Assembly: GCF_006345805.1 (NCBI RefSeq)
Contig: NC_042998.1
Span: 51,336,001 to 51,400,000, forward strand
Source of the DNA: Octopus sinensis
Lineage: Eukaryota
Length of the DNA: 64,000 bases
Reading direction: 5' to 3'
Position numbers and translations under genes: made by a program. The notes under the pieces are model-generated. The model searched no databases, was not told the origin of the DNA, and saw nothing but the letters and a program-made list of their open reading frames with translations. Each line of letters opens with the position of its first letter. Positions within the stretch are counted from its first letter, which is position 1. Below, in pieces: positions 52,640 through 64,000 of this stretch.

Positions 52640-52995
52640 GACGTCACACAGAATCCAATGTTGTGATGTTGATTGAAGATATTGTGTTTATTGGGGGTTT
52701 GTACTGTCTGTCAACTCACAAGGATCTCAGACACACAGTGCTTTATGCAATATGCGTGCAGTTCCAAGTAATGCCAATTTTTGCAATACACCTAGATTGT
52801 AGGGTATTTCTATAAGTTCCAGATGTTTTTTCAGATTGGGTGGTATTGAACCCAATGCTCCAATGACAACAGGGACAACCTTATGTTTGATTCTTGTAGC
52901 TGCCACATCTGAGCGATCTCAATTCTCAGGTCTCCATATTTATCAATCTTTTTTCTTTCTTTCAGGATAATATGTTGATCTCCTGGCACCACCAT
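52640..52995 (-). mobile_element. R4/Dong-type RLE retrotransposon 3' fragment
   Basis: VPGDQHIILKERKKIDKYGDLRIEIAQMW...VVPVVIGALGSIP...LQKLALLGTARIL. Confidence 0.8.
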
Positions 52996-55444
52996 GTTAA
53001 TTATTAGGCACTCTTGTTTGTCCCTCCTAAAGGTTACTCTAACAACTTGTCTGTCTGGGAGTCGCAGTCCCAGAGGATTTTTGTCTTCTCCTTTTCATCC
53101 ATTATCATTATTATTATTATTATTGAAATGCAATATAACAATACCCTACAATACATTTCACACAACACCCTCCTACTTCTGCCAATAACACTGGCTGCCG
53201 CGATATCATTTTTCCAAAGGTAAATGACACATTAGGCTAATTTCAGGGCACTGATTCCGAATCTGACATCAGTTTTGGGCTAACACATCAACTTCAGTCA
53301 CTAAGCACTTTAGGTCAGAAACAAAAACAAAATTTTGGCATTTTAGGTAAAGTACAGTTGACTGTTAATTCTTTGATTCAAACCATTCTATTAATTTAAA
53401 ATTGAAGTAGTATCTACAAGATGAACATAATTTTCTTATCAGCTTAATTGACATGACAACCAAGTTACTATATTAGTGAAAGAACCAGAGAACTAGACTG
53501 CAAGATAATAGGCTAATAATAAAGACAAATACTTAAGCCACCATATAGCATACAGTGCAAGAAAATGTTTATGAAGCCATGAAAACACTCAAATAATTCA
53601 AACTACAACTAATAATTTGGAAACTAGGCACAATCATTACTGTACCACTGTAATAACCAGACTATCAGATATTGGTACACATCACTGATCACAATGTGAT
53701 TCCTTGCATTGTTGTAGCTTCCACATGATGCCATCCTGTTGGCTAAGCAGGCAGGCCAACATTCCCTCTGAACTGAATGCAAGTCTGTCACATGGTTACC
53801 CATTTCCAGCTGAGTGGACTAGGGAAATATGAAATAAAGTGTTTTGTTCAAAGACACAGTGCTGGTCTGGGAATTGAAACCACGATCATACAATTATGAG
53901 TGCAACACCTGAACCACAAGGCTACATGCCTTCAGGTACAATTATAATAATTCTAAAGACCAACAATGATTCAAGTGATCCTAGTAATTTATTGCTCTAT
54001 TTAGGAATTATGACATAGGCCTCAGGCCACAAAGTTAAAGCTTACAGCTGGTCGCATCAACTCCTGTACTTTATGTTCACTTACAACCAAGAGAATGAAA
54101 ATGAAAGTAAACCTCATAGCTATAATAACACAATATACAGAAATAAAAATCTGGACTTTTCTAAATTCTTGAAGACATGATATATCTAGAAAGACACAGA
54201 GTAATCATAGGTCTTCTTAATCAGGACTAATCTACAGTGGGGGTGGAGTAAACACATAAAAAGTTAGATTTGATTATTGATTAGCTATAGTTTTTGATGT
54301 TCAGTTCTCACAGGTGTGGGTGGGTTAAGGAAAAAAAAAGTTAGGCTTGTGTTGTTGTTGTTTAACCCCTCAGTCAGCCTGTGATCAAAGCAGTTCCAGC
54401 CAAGATTAGTCTGTCTTTCTTATTTTTATATATCTGAGATTACAGTTCCCATGTCTTTTCATATTTTAAAAGGTAGGTTGTGATCTGAAGGAATTTGGCT
54501 GCTTTTCTATCAGGTTGAGTGACCATATAGAAGCGCCCTCATTCTTTTAATGACAGTTTGAAGAACCTGGTTCCAGGTTCATTCCCAGTGTGTGGCACCT
54601 TGGGCAAGTGTCTTCTACTTTCTACTGTAGCCTCGGGCTGACCAAAGCCTTGTGAGTTGATTTGGTAGACAGAAACTGAAAGAAGCTTGTATATATATAT
54701 ATGTGTGTGTGTGTATGTATGTATGTATGTATTTGTGTGTCTGTGTTTGTTCCCCCACTATCACTTGACAACTAATGTTGGTGTATTTACGTTCCCGTAA
54801 CTTAGCAGTTCACCAAAAGAGACAGATAGAATAAGTACTAGGCTTACAAAGATTAAGTCCTGGTGTCGATTTGTTCGACTAAAGGCAGTGCTCCAGCATG
54901 GCTGCAATCAAATAACTGAAACAAGTAAAAGAATAGTACATCTCTCAAAATTCTGCCACCAAAATCACACAAACAAGATAGGAACACAAAATGAAAACTG
55001 TACACTATCCACCTAGACCTTGATTTTGAGCTCCTTGTCCACCAAAAGCAATAGGAAATAAAAAAATTCAAATGCTTTAGAATCAAGAACATCACAAACA
55101 CAAACTAAAACACTTAAAGCCAGAAGGAATCAAAGCACTCCACTAACATCAACAACTCATACTGACACTGTCAAATTCTCAGAATCTGGGAATCAGACTA
55201 AAATCTATTAATTTTTAAAAGTCTTATGAAAATTTTAGGCATGGCTGTGTGGCAAGATATTTGCTTCCCAACCAGATGGTTTCAGGTTCAGTTCCACTGT
55301 GTGGCATCGTGATCAAATGTCTTCTTTGAAAGCTCCAGGCCAACCAAAGCTTTGGCAGTGAATTTGAGATAGAAACTAATGAAAGTCCATTATATATAGG
55401 TTTTGTGATGCAAACAAGAAAAATAGAACACAAAATATGAGTAT

Positions 55445-55795
55445 CTATATGTATATATATTCTTTATAATATTTGGCAGAAGCAAGAGAGTGACTCAAGG
55501 GTCGAGATTTTTATGTGTTGATAAATGTCAACCAAAAAACAGCTGGCAGTCTATTGGCGTATCTAGCTGTATGCACACACTGATTTAGTGATTTTGAATG
55601 GATATGCCCATAACTTATGGGCATAAAGAATCGGTTTATCGATTTTTTTAATGGGGTGACAGGAAATAAAAAGATCTTCACGACCACCCTCAGACAGTTT
55701 TGAAAGCCCATAGAAAATGCAAGCCTTTTACGTGAAAAACTGTGGATTTGTATAAAGGACACACAGACATTTTGCCATTTATAGATATAGAGATA
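55445..55795 (-). mobile_element. Possible Helitron/HINE-like remnant
   Basis: Minus strand starts ATCTCTATATCTATAAATGGCAAAATGTCTGTGTGTCC. Internal hairpin ATGCCCATAA-C-TTATGGGCAT. Confidence 0.4.
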
Positions 55796-57609
55796 ACAAA
55801 CTCACAACCGTCTATCATTCTTCACACAGAACTCTCCAACCATACTTAAATTACCAAGAAATCTGGCTCCACATCAAATAGTGCCCTATGAAGTATATTA
55901 TCTTTCTTCTTAACAATAACATTAGAGACCAAATGAAACTAACACTCAAAATCAAAAATATCAACATACCATAAACACAGAAGACAAAAATACTAGGAGT
56001 GATATACACCTCTTCCACAGAAGCCATAGCAAATCATCATCATCATTTAATGTCTGTTTTCTATGCTGGCATGGGTTGGATGGTTTGACTGGAGCTGACT
56101 AGATGAACAGTTCCCCAGGTTCCAAATCCGTTTTGGTGTGGTTTCTATGGCTGGATGCCCTTCCTAATGCCAACCACTTTACAGAGAGCACTGGGTGCCT
56201 TTACACAGCACTGGCATAGGTGCTTTTATGTGGCATCAGCACCCACAATACCTGCAAGATTAGAATCACTCAGCTGAAGAAGGATGTAGGAAACATGTCT
56301 GTACGCAAGGACAACCACAATTTTACTTAACTTGACATGTCTTCTCAAGCACCAAATTTGGCAAAAAGAAACAACAATGATATACAAGGTATTTGGGCTA
56401 GAAATAAAAGTATTTCAAATATTAAAAAAGATCAACTAGATTATGGCCGAGTTAACTTAAAGTAGCCACCCTCAGCTTCCGCCATGGCCTCGAGACAAAT
56501 CCAGAACTTGGCACATGATTTCTTTACTGTGTCCCTTGGAAGATCTTCAGTCATTTCCTTTGTCTTGGCCACTAGCTTGACCTTGGTGTTGCTGGTAGAG
56601 TGATTGTTGTCTTTCTCAATCAACTGTGCCTCACATATTCAAGGGATTACAACTAGAGGAATTAGGAGGCTAGAAATTCTCCAACAACCACTTTTGACAC
56701 TATCTAAAGGTATGGCAAGGAGCTGAAACCTGCTGCCACATATATGACTTTCTAGTAGCAACCTTCTCAAGCCAGAGTTTTACAGTTGCTAGCAGCTTCA
56801 CATAGCCATCTGAATTGAGTCTAAGGCCTTGTTCTAAAAGGTGCAGGGTGACATGATGTCACCTTCACTGGAGACACACTCAAAGGATATCAGTTTTGAG
56901 GAACTTGGTTTCTATGACATGTGGGACATCACATGGATTGTAGGCAAGCCATCCATTCTGGGTTTTGTGCAACTGGTCCGCTTACCAACCACATGGTTCT
57001 GCGTGGCACTTTGGGCAAGTATCTTCTACTATAGCCTCAGGCCAACCAAAGCTTTGTGAGTGGATTTGGTAGACAGAAACTGAAAGAAGCCCATCGTATA
57101 TATGTATGTGTGTGTCTGTGTTTGTCCCCCCAACATCACTTGACAACCAATGCTGGTGTGTTTACGTCCCCGTAACTTAGTGGTTTGGCAAAAGCAACCG
57201 ATAGAATAAGTACTAGGCTTACAAAGAGTAAGTCCTGCGGTCGATTTGCTCGACTAAAGGCGGTGCTCCAGCATAGCCACAGTCAAATGACTGAAACAAA
57301 GAAAAGAGAGAGTAAAGAGAGATTATCTCCAGCTCAACAGGAGATTGTTCAAGAGCTTCTTTCCCCTCGGCCTTGGCTGTTAGAATTTGTCGCTTGCACC
57401 TTTTGTATGAATGGTAGTGAAGGTCCTCATTCAGGGCCAGCTACATGGTAGCAACTCCAACATCCATCTCTCTCACCAAAGCCTCAGTTCCCTGGCTCGA
57501 TTCTTCCATCACCTTGTCCTGCAGTTGTTGAATGAATTCTGGCATGCAGACATAGTACGAATGCCTGATGTGTTCCTTCTTGCTGGTCACAGATTTGTAG
57601 TCTCTATGA

Positions 57610-58432
57610 TAGCCAAGGACATGTGTAGGCTTGAAAGAAATGAAGCCAGTATGCTTCACTGGATGTGTAATGTCAGTGTGCATGTTTGACAGAGTGTAAG
57701 CATCTTGAGAGAAAAGTTAGGCATGAGGCATCAGATGTGGTGTGCAAGAGGAACGAATGTGCTGGTGTGGTCATGTGGTGTATATGGACAGGGAGAGCTG
57801 TGTAAAAAAGTGCTGCTCTCTTACTGTGGAGGGAACCTGTGGTAGAGTTAGACCCAGGAAGATATGGGACAAAGTGGTGAAGCATGACCTTCGAACTTTG
57901 AGCCTCACAGAGGTAATAACTAGTGACAGAAAATTTGGTGATATACTGTGCTTGAGAAGACCCATCAAGCCAAGTGAAATTGTAGTCATGGCTGCTGCTG
58001 GTGTCACGTAACTAGCATCCGTGCCAGTGGCATGTAAAGAGCACCCTTCGAGTGTTGGGCCTCACGGAGGCAATGTAGCTAAGTTCCTTTCAAGCATTGG
58101 GTCTCACAGAGGTGAAGTGGTTGAGTTCCTTTCGAGTGTTGGGCCTCATGGAAGCAATGACTGAGACCCTTGGCATTATGTTGTGCTTGAGAAGAAAACC
58201 CATCAAGCTGAGCAAAATTGCAATTGTGGCAGATACTGCTGTCACCCGTGCCAGTGGCATGTAAAAGCACCCATTACACACTCAGAATGGTTGGTGTTAG
58301 GAAGGGCATCCAGCTGTAGAAAACTATGCTGAATCAGACTGGAGTCTGGCGCAGTCTTCTAGCTTACCAGCCCTGGTCAAACCATCCAACCCATGCCAGT
58401 ATGGACAACAGGCATTAAATGATGATGATGTT
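57610..58432 (+). mobile_element. RTE LINE 3' end (ORF end plus 3' UTR plus (GAT)n)
   Basis: RLERNEASMLHWMCNV...WCGHVVYMD...GRVRPRKIWDKVV, running into the same tail found as a solo element elsewhere in the window. Confidence 0.85.
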
Positions 58433-59419
58433 GATTGCAGCTGTCTTTTAGTCTTTTCAGAGTTCACCAAGCATTAAGCAGCAGTCATGATGTCAGTATT
58501 TTGATACCTAGGGCAAATCATCATGATACAGGTTATTCTCTTCCAATATTCAGAGGGCTTCCATTCCTCTATATCAGCAACTTTAGTTTTTATGCTCTCT
58601 TGCACAGTTGACTGGTCACCAACACATCAAGCTATTCCTGAAAACAGGAGACATGAATAGTCATCAAATTTAGCCTAATCACTCTGTACACAAAATCCAT
58701 GGACTATACTTGCTCTACTCCAGTATCTCAACAAAAACTACAATAAACTATCGAGACAATAAAACTGTGCACGATGCATCATAACATGTTGTACACAGAT
58801 ACCCACAGGTCACCAATACATGTAATCAAAAACTGGTACTTGCATGGTTAGTCAAGCCGGACACCCTGGTAATATACATTAAAATAGAATAACATCATCA
58901 TGTAACAGCAAACTCACTGGACGAGGAAGGCTGTTTTTATTGATGTGTTAGGCAATTCACTGCTACATACACATACAACTATATCATCCCTTTATCATCT
59001 AGAATTGTGTTTTTTGAACTTATCACTATTAAAAAACACAAATCTTTAATACAGAATAGTGATTTTATTTTTTTTTAGTGATGGATTTCCTGGTAAATAC
59101 CAAAGCTGATACTCTCTCTCTGATTGGCTCTACCACTAGGTTATATAATGTACAGTCTGGTGCTTCAATCCCTAGTCCCTTTGTCAATATATAAAAAAAA
59201 TTATCACCTTCACTCATACACATTTACAACATCCCAGTGTACTACTACTACTACTAATAGTAATAATAATAATAATAATAATAATCCTTTCTACTGAAGG
59301 CACAAGGCCTGAAATTTGAGACGAGGAGACTAGTCGATTACATCGACCCCAGTGTTTCACTGGTACTTTATCAACTCCGAAAGGATGAATGGCAAAGGTC
59401 GGATAATAATAATAATGAT

Positions 59420-59800
59420 AATAATGTTCGTCTGTCGAAGCCAATGATTAGGACATCGCATGGGAGAAGATAGGTTACAGTACATCAGGGTGTGGCCGAT
59501 CAGGCCCTTGCGTGCTCGGAAGATGCTGCCACGGTCGGGCACTGGTGGTCTGCTAGGAAAGAACGCAAGGAGTTGGCTCTAGACTTGCACTGCTCACATT
59601 TTCTTTATGCTCCTGGGATTCTAAATACAGTGTCTCATCCAGGACAAGCATGAGGAACACAGAAGTTGCATCCTCACTGTTCAGTGACCAACAGCAAGTG
59701 CAAAAGAACAGCTACTGATTCTGTATAAACAAATCCACCTAGCGATCCTCAGCTGTCACTACCACTAGAATCTACAGGTGGAAATAGACTGGACAATAGA
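59420..59800 (-). mobile_element. RTE/BovB-like LINE 3' fragment
   Basis: IFRARKGLIGH zinc-finger-like C-terminus followed by a short UTR and (TTA)n. Confidence 0.6.
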
Positions 59801-59842
59801 GGATGCAATATGCCCATACGGTCCCACACTATTCTATAAAGT

Positions 59843-60009
59843 GGCGTAACTTCGGTATAGGTACCGGATACATTTCAAGAAAGTGTTTTTTTTATATATA
59901 TGGGGTGGGTGGGTTAAGGTTAGGGGTGGGAGAAAAGGGTTTCTGTTATGTTCAGAAATATAAACAAAGCCACTTCCGGTATTTACGGTACCTATACCGA
60001 AAGATCGCC
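59843..60009. mobile_element. MITE with GG termini and 8-bp target duplication (Merlin-like)
   Basis: TATAAAGT|GGCG..TTCGGTATAGGTACCG ... CGGTACCTATACCGAA..CGCC|CATAAAGT. Confidence 0.65.
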
Positions 60010-60049
60010 CATAAAGTTAATCACTACATGCGTACGTAGGACTGATCAG

Positions 60050-60470
60050 TCAAGGATGACCTGGGAGATACACAAAAATGATGGAGCGTCTGCGTGGTCG
60101 TTAGACCTGCTAGAAATAGCAGCCAAATCTTCCTTAAATTACACTGTACTAATTTGGGACTGAAGATCATACGGAATCACGTGGTCCTAGGTACACTGTG
60201 GTCAAGAAACAGACGTGATTACCATGACAGGTATATCTTCGATCATCGATCTGCTTGTTCAGGAGAAACCTGGGATGTATCGCTACACCGTCGCTCAACA
60301 TGCTACAAAGAGCAAGTATCCTTCAAATCACACCCAACAGTCATATACAAGGGTATGATGCATTAGATAATATAGTTTTACATACCCATAAAAAGATGAG
60401 ATAGCCATTTCTGGAATACATTTGATCATAGGTCTGCTCGAACTGAGTTGACCTGGAGTTAAATAACAAC
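60050..60470. mobile_element. Unclassified dispersed repeat (CTGCTAGAAATAGCAGCCAAATCT family)
   Basis: The same motifs recur at approx. 6740-7350, 9360-9530, 11280-11470, 23300-23390, 54360-54545 and 63640-63830. Confidence 0.6.
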
Positions 60471-60639
60471 TTGTAAGGCATGTTTGTATTTATATTTGTT
60501 TAGTCAATCAATAATATGTAATAAATGTACTTCGGATAAAATTATCGTTTTCAGATTTAAGCTAGGTGGAATTAAATATATATATATATATATTATATTA
60601 TATAATAGATTTATAATAAGCTTAATCTAAATATCAACA

Positions 60640-60880
60640 TAAACTATCGCAACGTGGTTTACCTTACCGCTTACCGGAAGTGAAGCGAGATATGCGAGAG
60701 CGCCACCTAACGGAAAAGTGTGTAACAAAGAGCAAAGCAGTAGAACGACACAAGTTAGTATATTGACTACCAAGGGTATGCATGGGGGGACCGTGATTTT
60801 TCGGAGGATAGCTTGCGAGGAATATCAGATAAAAACAACAATTCCTAATGCTTTGAAGCGTCTGTAGTAACGGCCTGGAA
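60640..60880. promoter_or_regulatory. CpG-rich promoter/5' UTR with ETS and CTCF-like motifs
   Basis: ACCGGAAGTG (ETS/GABP consensus) at 60673-60682. AGCGCCACCTAACGG at 60699-60713 (reverse complement CCGTTAGGTGGCGCT, CTCF-like core). CpG-rich and immediately upstream of the ATG. Confidence 0.6.
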
Positions 60881-61098
60881 ATGAGTATGCCCTTAGATGA
60901 TATCGTCTACGTAACGTTACTGTTACTATCCATACCGTTTGGACATGTGGTGAAGGTAACGCGAAGTGCAGTGGGCAAAAGGGCCCTTACTGGCGTGGTG
61001 GGTGCCATCATGGCTCTGTTGATTTGTCGTCTGCATATAATACATTCTCTCATTACCACCACTGTCAACTGCCTCATTGTCAAATTGCTTCCTGAAAA
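60881..61098 (+). CDS. MBOAT7: First coding exon of a lysophospholipid acyltransferase 7 (MBOAT7/LPIAT1)-like gene; remaining exons not identified in the window
   Basis: MSMPLDDIVYVTLLLLSIPFGHVVK...GAIMALLICRLHIIHSLITT resembles the N-terminus of MBOAT7 as I recall it (Y-x-x-x-LL-x-SIP-x-G ... L-x-x-C-x-x-H-x-x-HSL-x-T). Canonical donor AA|GTGAGT at 61098/61099 (phase 2), followed by T-rich intron sequence. Confidence 0.82.
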
Positions 61099-61801
61099 GT
61101 GAGTTATGTTTTTTTTTTTATTTTTATGTTTCTATTATATAATTATCTACGTTGACTTTTTATTTATGTTTATCACGTTTTCTCTCTTTTCCTTGGATGG
61201 ATTTTTTTACCGGAATTTTAGAAAGAATTTGCGCCTACCGAACACGAGGAAATTGTGTTAAAATCGTAAACTCGGTTTAATATATGACGTTTGTATTGCA
61301 CGTTCAATAGCGAGCGATGCAAAAACAAAAATAATTATTAAATTATAGATGTTTGTCATATTAATTATTGTAATTAAATAGTTTCGAGTGTATGTATGTA
61401 TATATGTATGTATTCGTAACATGGTTTGATATTTAGATTTCGCAAGGCATGTTTAAAAACTGTGCAAGGTACTTTGGCGGCATAACTGTAGCTACTATTT
61501 AGTTATATATAATTTCCTATTCACATGGACGTGTTAGTTAAGAACAGATCTCTTTATAATGATTTTAAAAAGTTGTTGCATATCTTTTCAGGCATAATTA
61601 TTTTTCCTCTCATTCTGATGATGGCGTTGTTTTATTTTCATTATTATTTTTTCTCACCTGGAATGTGAAACCCGGAACAAGAGTACAGTCATGTATCTAA
61701 TATTTGTTGTTTATCGACACCACACATATTGAGGAATTCAAAATACTTTCTTTTCTGCTAGTTTCTTAGATCAAAGTTCTAACACACACACACACACGCA
61801 C

Positions 61802-61838
<37 letters not shown>

Positions 61839-64000
61839 AACTTTTAAAACCAGTTTTATAGGTTAGATCCAAACGCCCCGATTAAATATACAAAATTCAA
61901 TTGAAATAGTGTACACTCCTATAGATATATAAATATTTGTTAACATTATCAGACAGTACCGACCTGTCTACGGGTTGTGTGCATGTGTCTGTGTGTACGC
62001 CTTTTACATTAATAAATATGATTTTTATTTCTAAAAACACACGAAATAACGGGTTTAATTTTTTTTTATAATTCTATTGTTTAAATATAATTATTTATTT
62101 GTGGATATCTCGTATCCACAAATCGATCGTTTATACAGATTTCTAAATGCGATTAATCATGTGTTTAGAGAAAATCGGAGATATCGAGTAGGTGAGAAGA
62201 CGCCTTCGCCAGTTGCATGCGTTTTTAAATCACTGTCTCGAAAAGTGATCGGAATTTCTTGTCTCCTCCTTTTTTTTCTTCCTTCTTTCACTTTCGTCTC
62301 CTGTTTTAATTGATTCCTTTCTTCTTTCTTTCCTTCTTTCACCTTTTCGTTTTTTTATTCATTTTCCATCATATTTTCATTGATGACTTTATCTATACAT
62401 GCTGCCAACTTTTAAAATTGCTTTGTAAATTGTCTTAGTGACTGTTCATTTCGATATGTTTGGTGTCTTCGATAACCCTTTTGTCTTTCCACTGTAATTC
62501 TTCCTTTTTTTTTTTTTTTTTTCATTTCTTGCCAATAACGAATAATCAAACTTTTATACTTCTTTTTCGCTTTTAGATATAGATTTCCTTGTTCCCATTG
62601 TCTGTGATTATTTGTATTTATTTATTTCCATTTTGTCTTGAATGATTTCCCCCCCCCCACCCATCCACCTTAGCTTTCTATAACAATAACAGCAACCTCC
62701 CAAATCGATTCGATTAGACATGCAACACTATGCTGCCATCTTTAAATGCCAAGAATGCTTTTCATTTCTGTGTCGTTACTCCTGGGCAAAACACTGATGA
62801 CACCGGCTCCCTCTGAAATCGATTCCGAACACCAGTTTCGTACCTCCCAAGTTTTACCATTGTATTCACTCTCCTCCTAATATATATTGCACACCTTTAC
62901 TCCTTCCTCATCTCTCTTTCTTTCTCGCCGGTCGATGATGACTGTCAGGGTGGATGAGAGGTGGTTCATTTACTGACTGTGTGGTGATGGAGGTGGCGAC
63001 GGTGTGTAGTAAGAAGCTAGTTCTTTCATGTCATGTGATCACTCTTTTGGAATCCCGTATTCTTTAAATCATGTCTGTCGTTAATTGATTGTTTTGAGAA
63101 TTCCCCGCTCCAAACTAATTCCGTTTAATCGCTGCTGCTAAATGTAGGCGATACTTCTTCCATTTCAGTCTATTTATTCCAAACAAAAGTCTTATGTTCC
63201 CAAAATTTCGTACTTTTTCCTAACCTGTTTTACCTTGTTCAGTGAGTAAAGTAATATTGATTTCTAACACAGGCACAAGGCCATTCATTTTGGGAGGAGC
63301 AGTATAGTCGATTAAAGCGACCCTGTTATGAAATAAACTGTGTGGGTGACGCGCACTTTATTTTATTAATGACGAAGTCGATTTCCGCGCGATTTAAACT
63401 TAGGACGTCAAGAGCTGTAACTAAATAAACACCTCGGGATTACCTTGTGCGACACTCTAACAATTCAGGTAATCGACATAACTAGTGTTTACGAAAATAT
63501 CCAAGAATAATAAAGATTTCTTTTAACTAGCTGTTAGGGCAAATTATTAAGAAGGTGGGACATAGTCGATGAACTAGGTGTTAATTGTTATTGTTTAGCC
63601 CAAACATAGTCGATAAGTTGAATTCTAATTGTTATTATTTAACCCAGTCAGTTTTGACTGAGCAGATCTATGCTAAAATACATTCCATCCATGACTGTCC
63701 TGTCTCATGCATAGTGTACCTGAACTACGTTATCCAATTTTTTTTTTCTGTCAAAAATGACAGGTGGCCTGGCTTTTATTGCTAACAGGTCAAGTTACCT
63801 TGCAAGAACAGCAGTAGAGAACTTGTTTCTGCTCCAGGAGTGAATTACAAGTACATACGAAACTGGGGCATGTGGTGATGGTGGTGGGGCACATCTGAGG
63901 GGAGAAAAATGACTTAACCTTTAATTTAACAAATTCATAGGTAAGCTGCTTATATCAACTCATTGTTTTTGTCTTAAGGCTTATACAAATTTCTTTTTCC

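Overview
Eukaryotic, AT-rich, repeat-saturated DNA. The SINE, RTE and microsatellite repertoire is typical of a coleoid cephalopod, most likely Octopus (inferred from repeat content only). About 60 kb is intronic or intergenic: tRNA-derived SINEs (CORE-like and Deu/Nin-like), RTE 3' ends, decayed RLE-type (R4/Dong, HERO-like) and Tx1-like LINE pieces, mariner, maT and Tc1 fossils, piggyBac, pogo, hAT and Merlin-type MITEs, and many microsatellites. Almost all listed ORFs are artefacts of these repeats. The only host coding sequence I can identify with confidence is the first coding exon of an MBOAT7-like gene (60881-61098, +), downstream of a CpG-rich promoter with ETS and CTCF-like motifs. 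The most interesting non-genic signals are: (1) several Penelope-type minimal hammerhead ribozymes, one apparently intact and one duplicated inside a perfect 327-bp palindrome; (2) a GC-rich ~250-nt island that folds into a long branched hairpin; (3) three unrelated diverged tandem arrays that all have ~350-bp units; (4) candidate microexons. I cannot establish a new biological system from sequence alone. Repeat boundaries are approximate, and all homology calls are by eye, not database searches.
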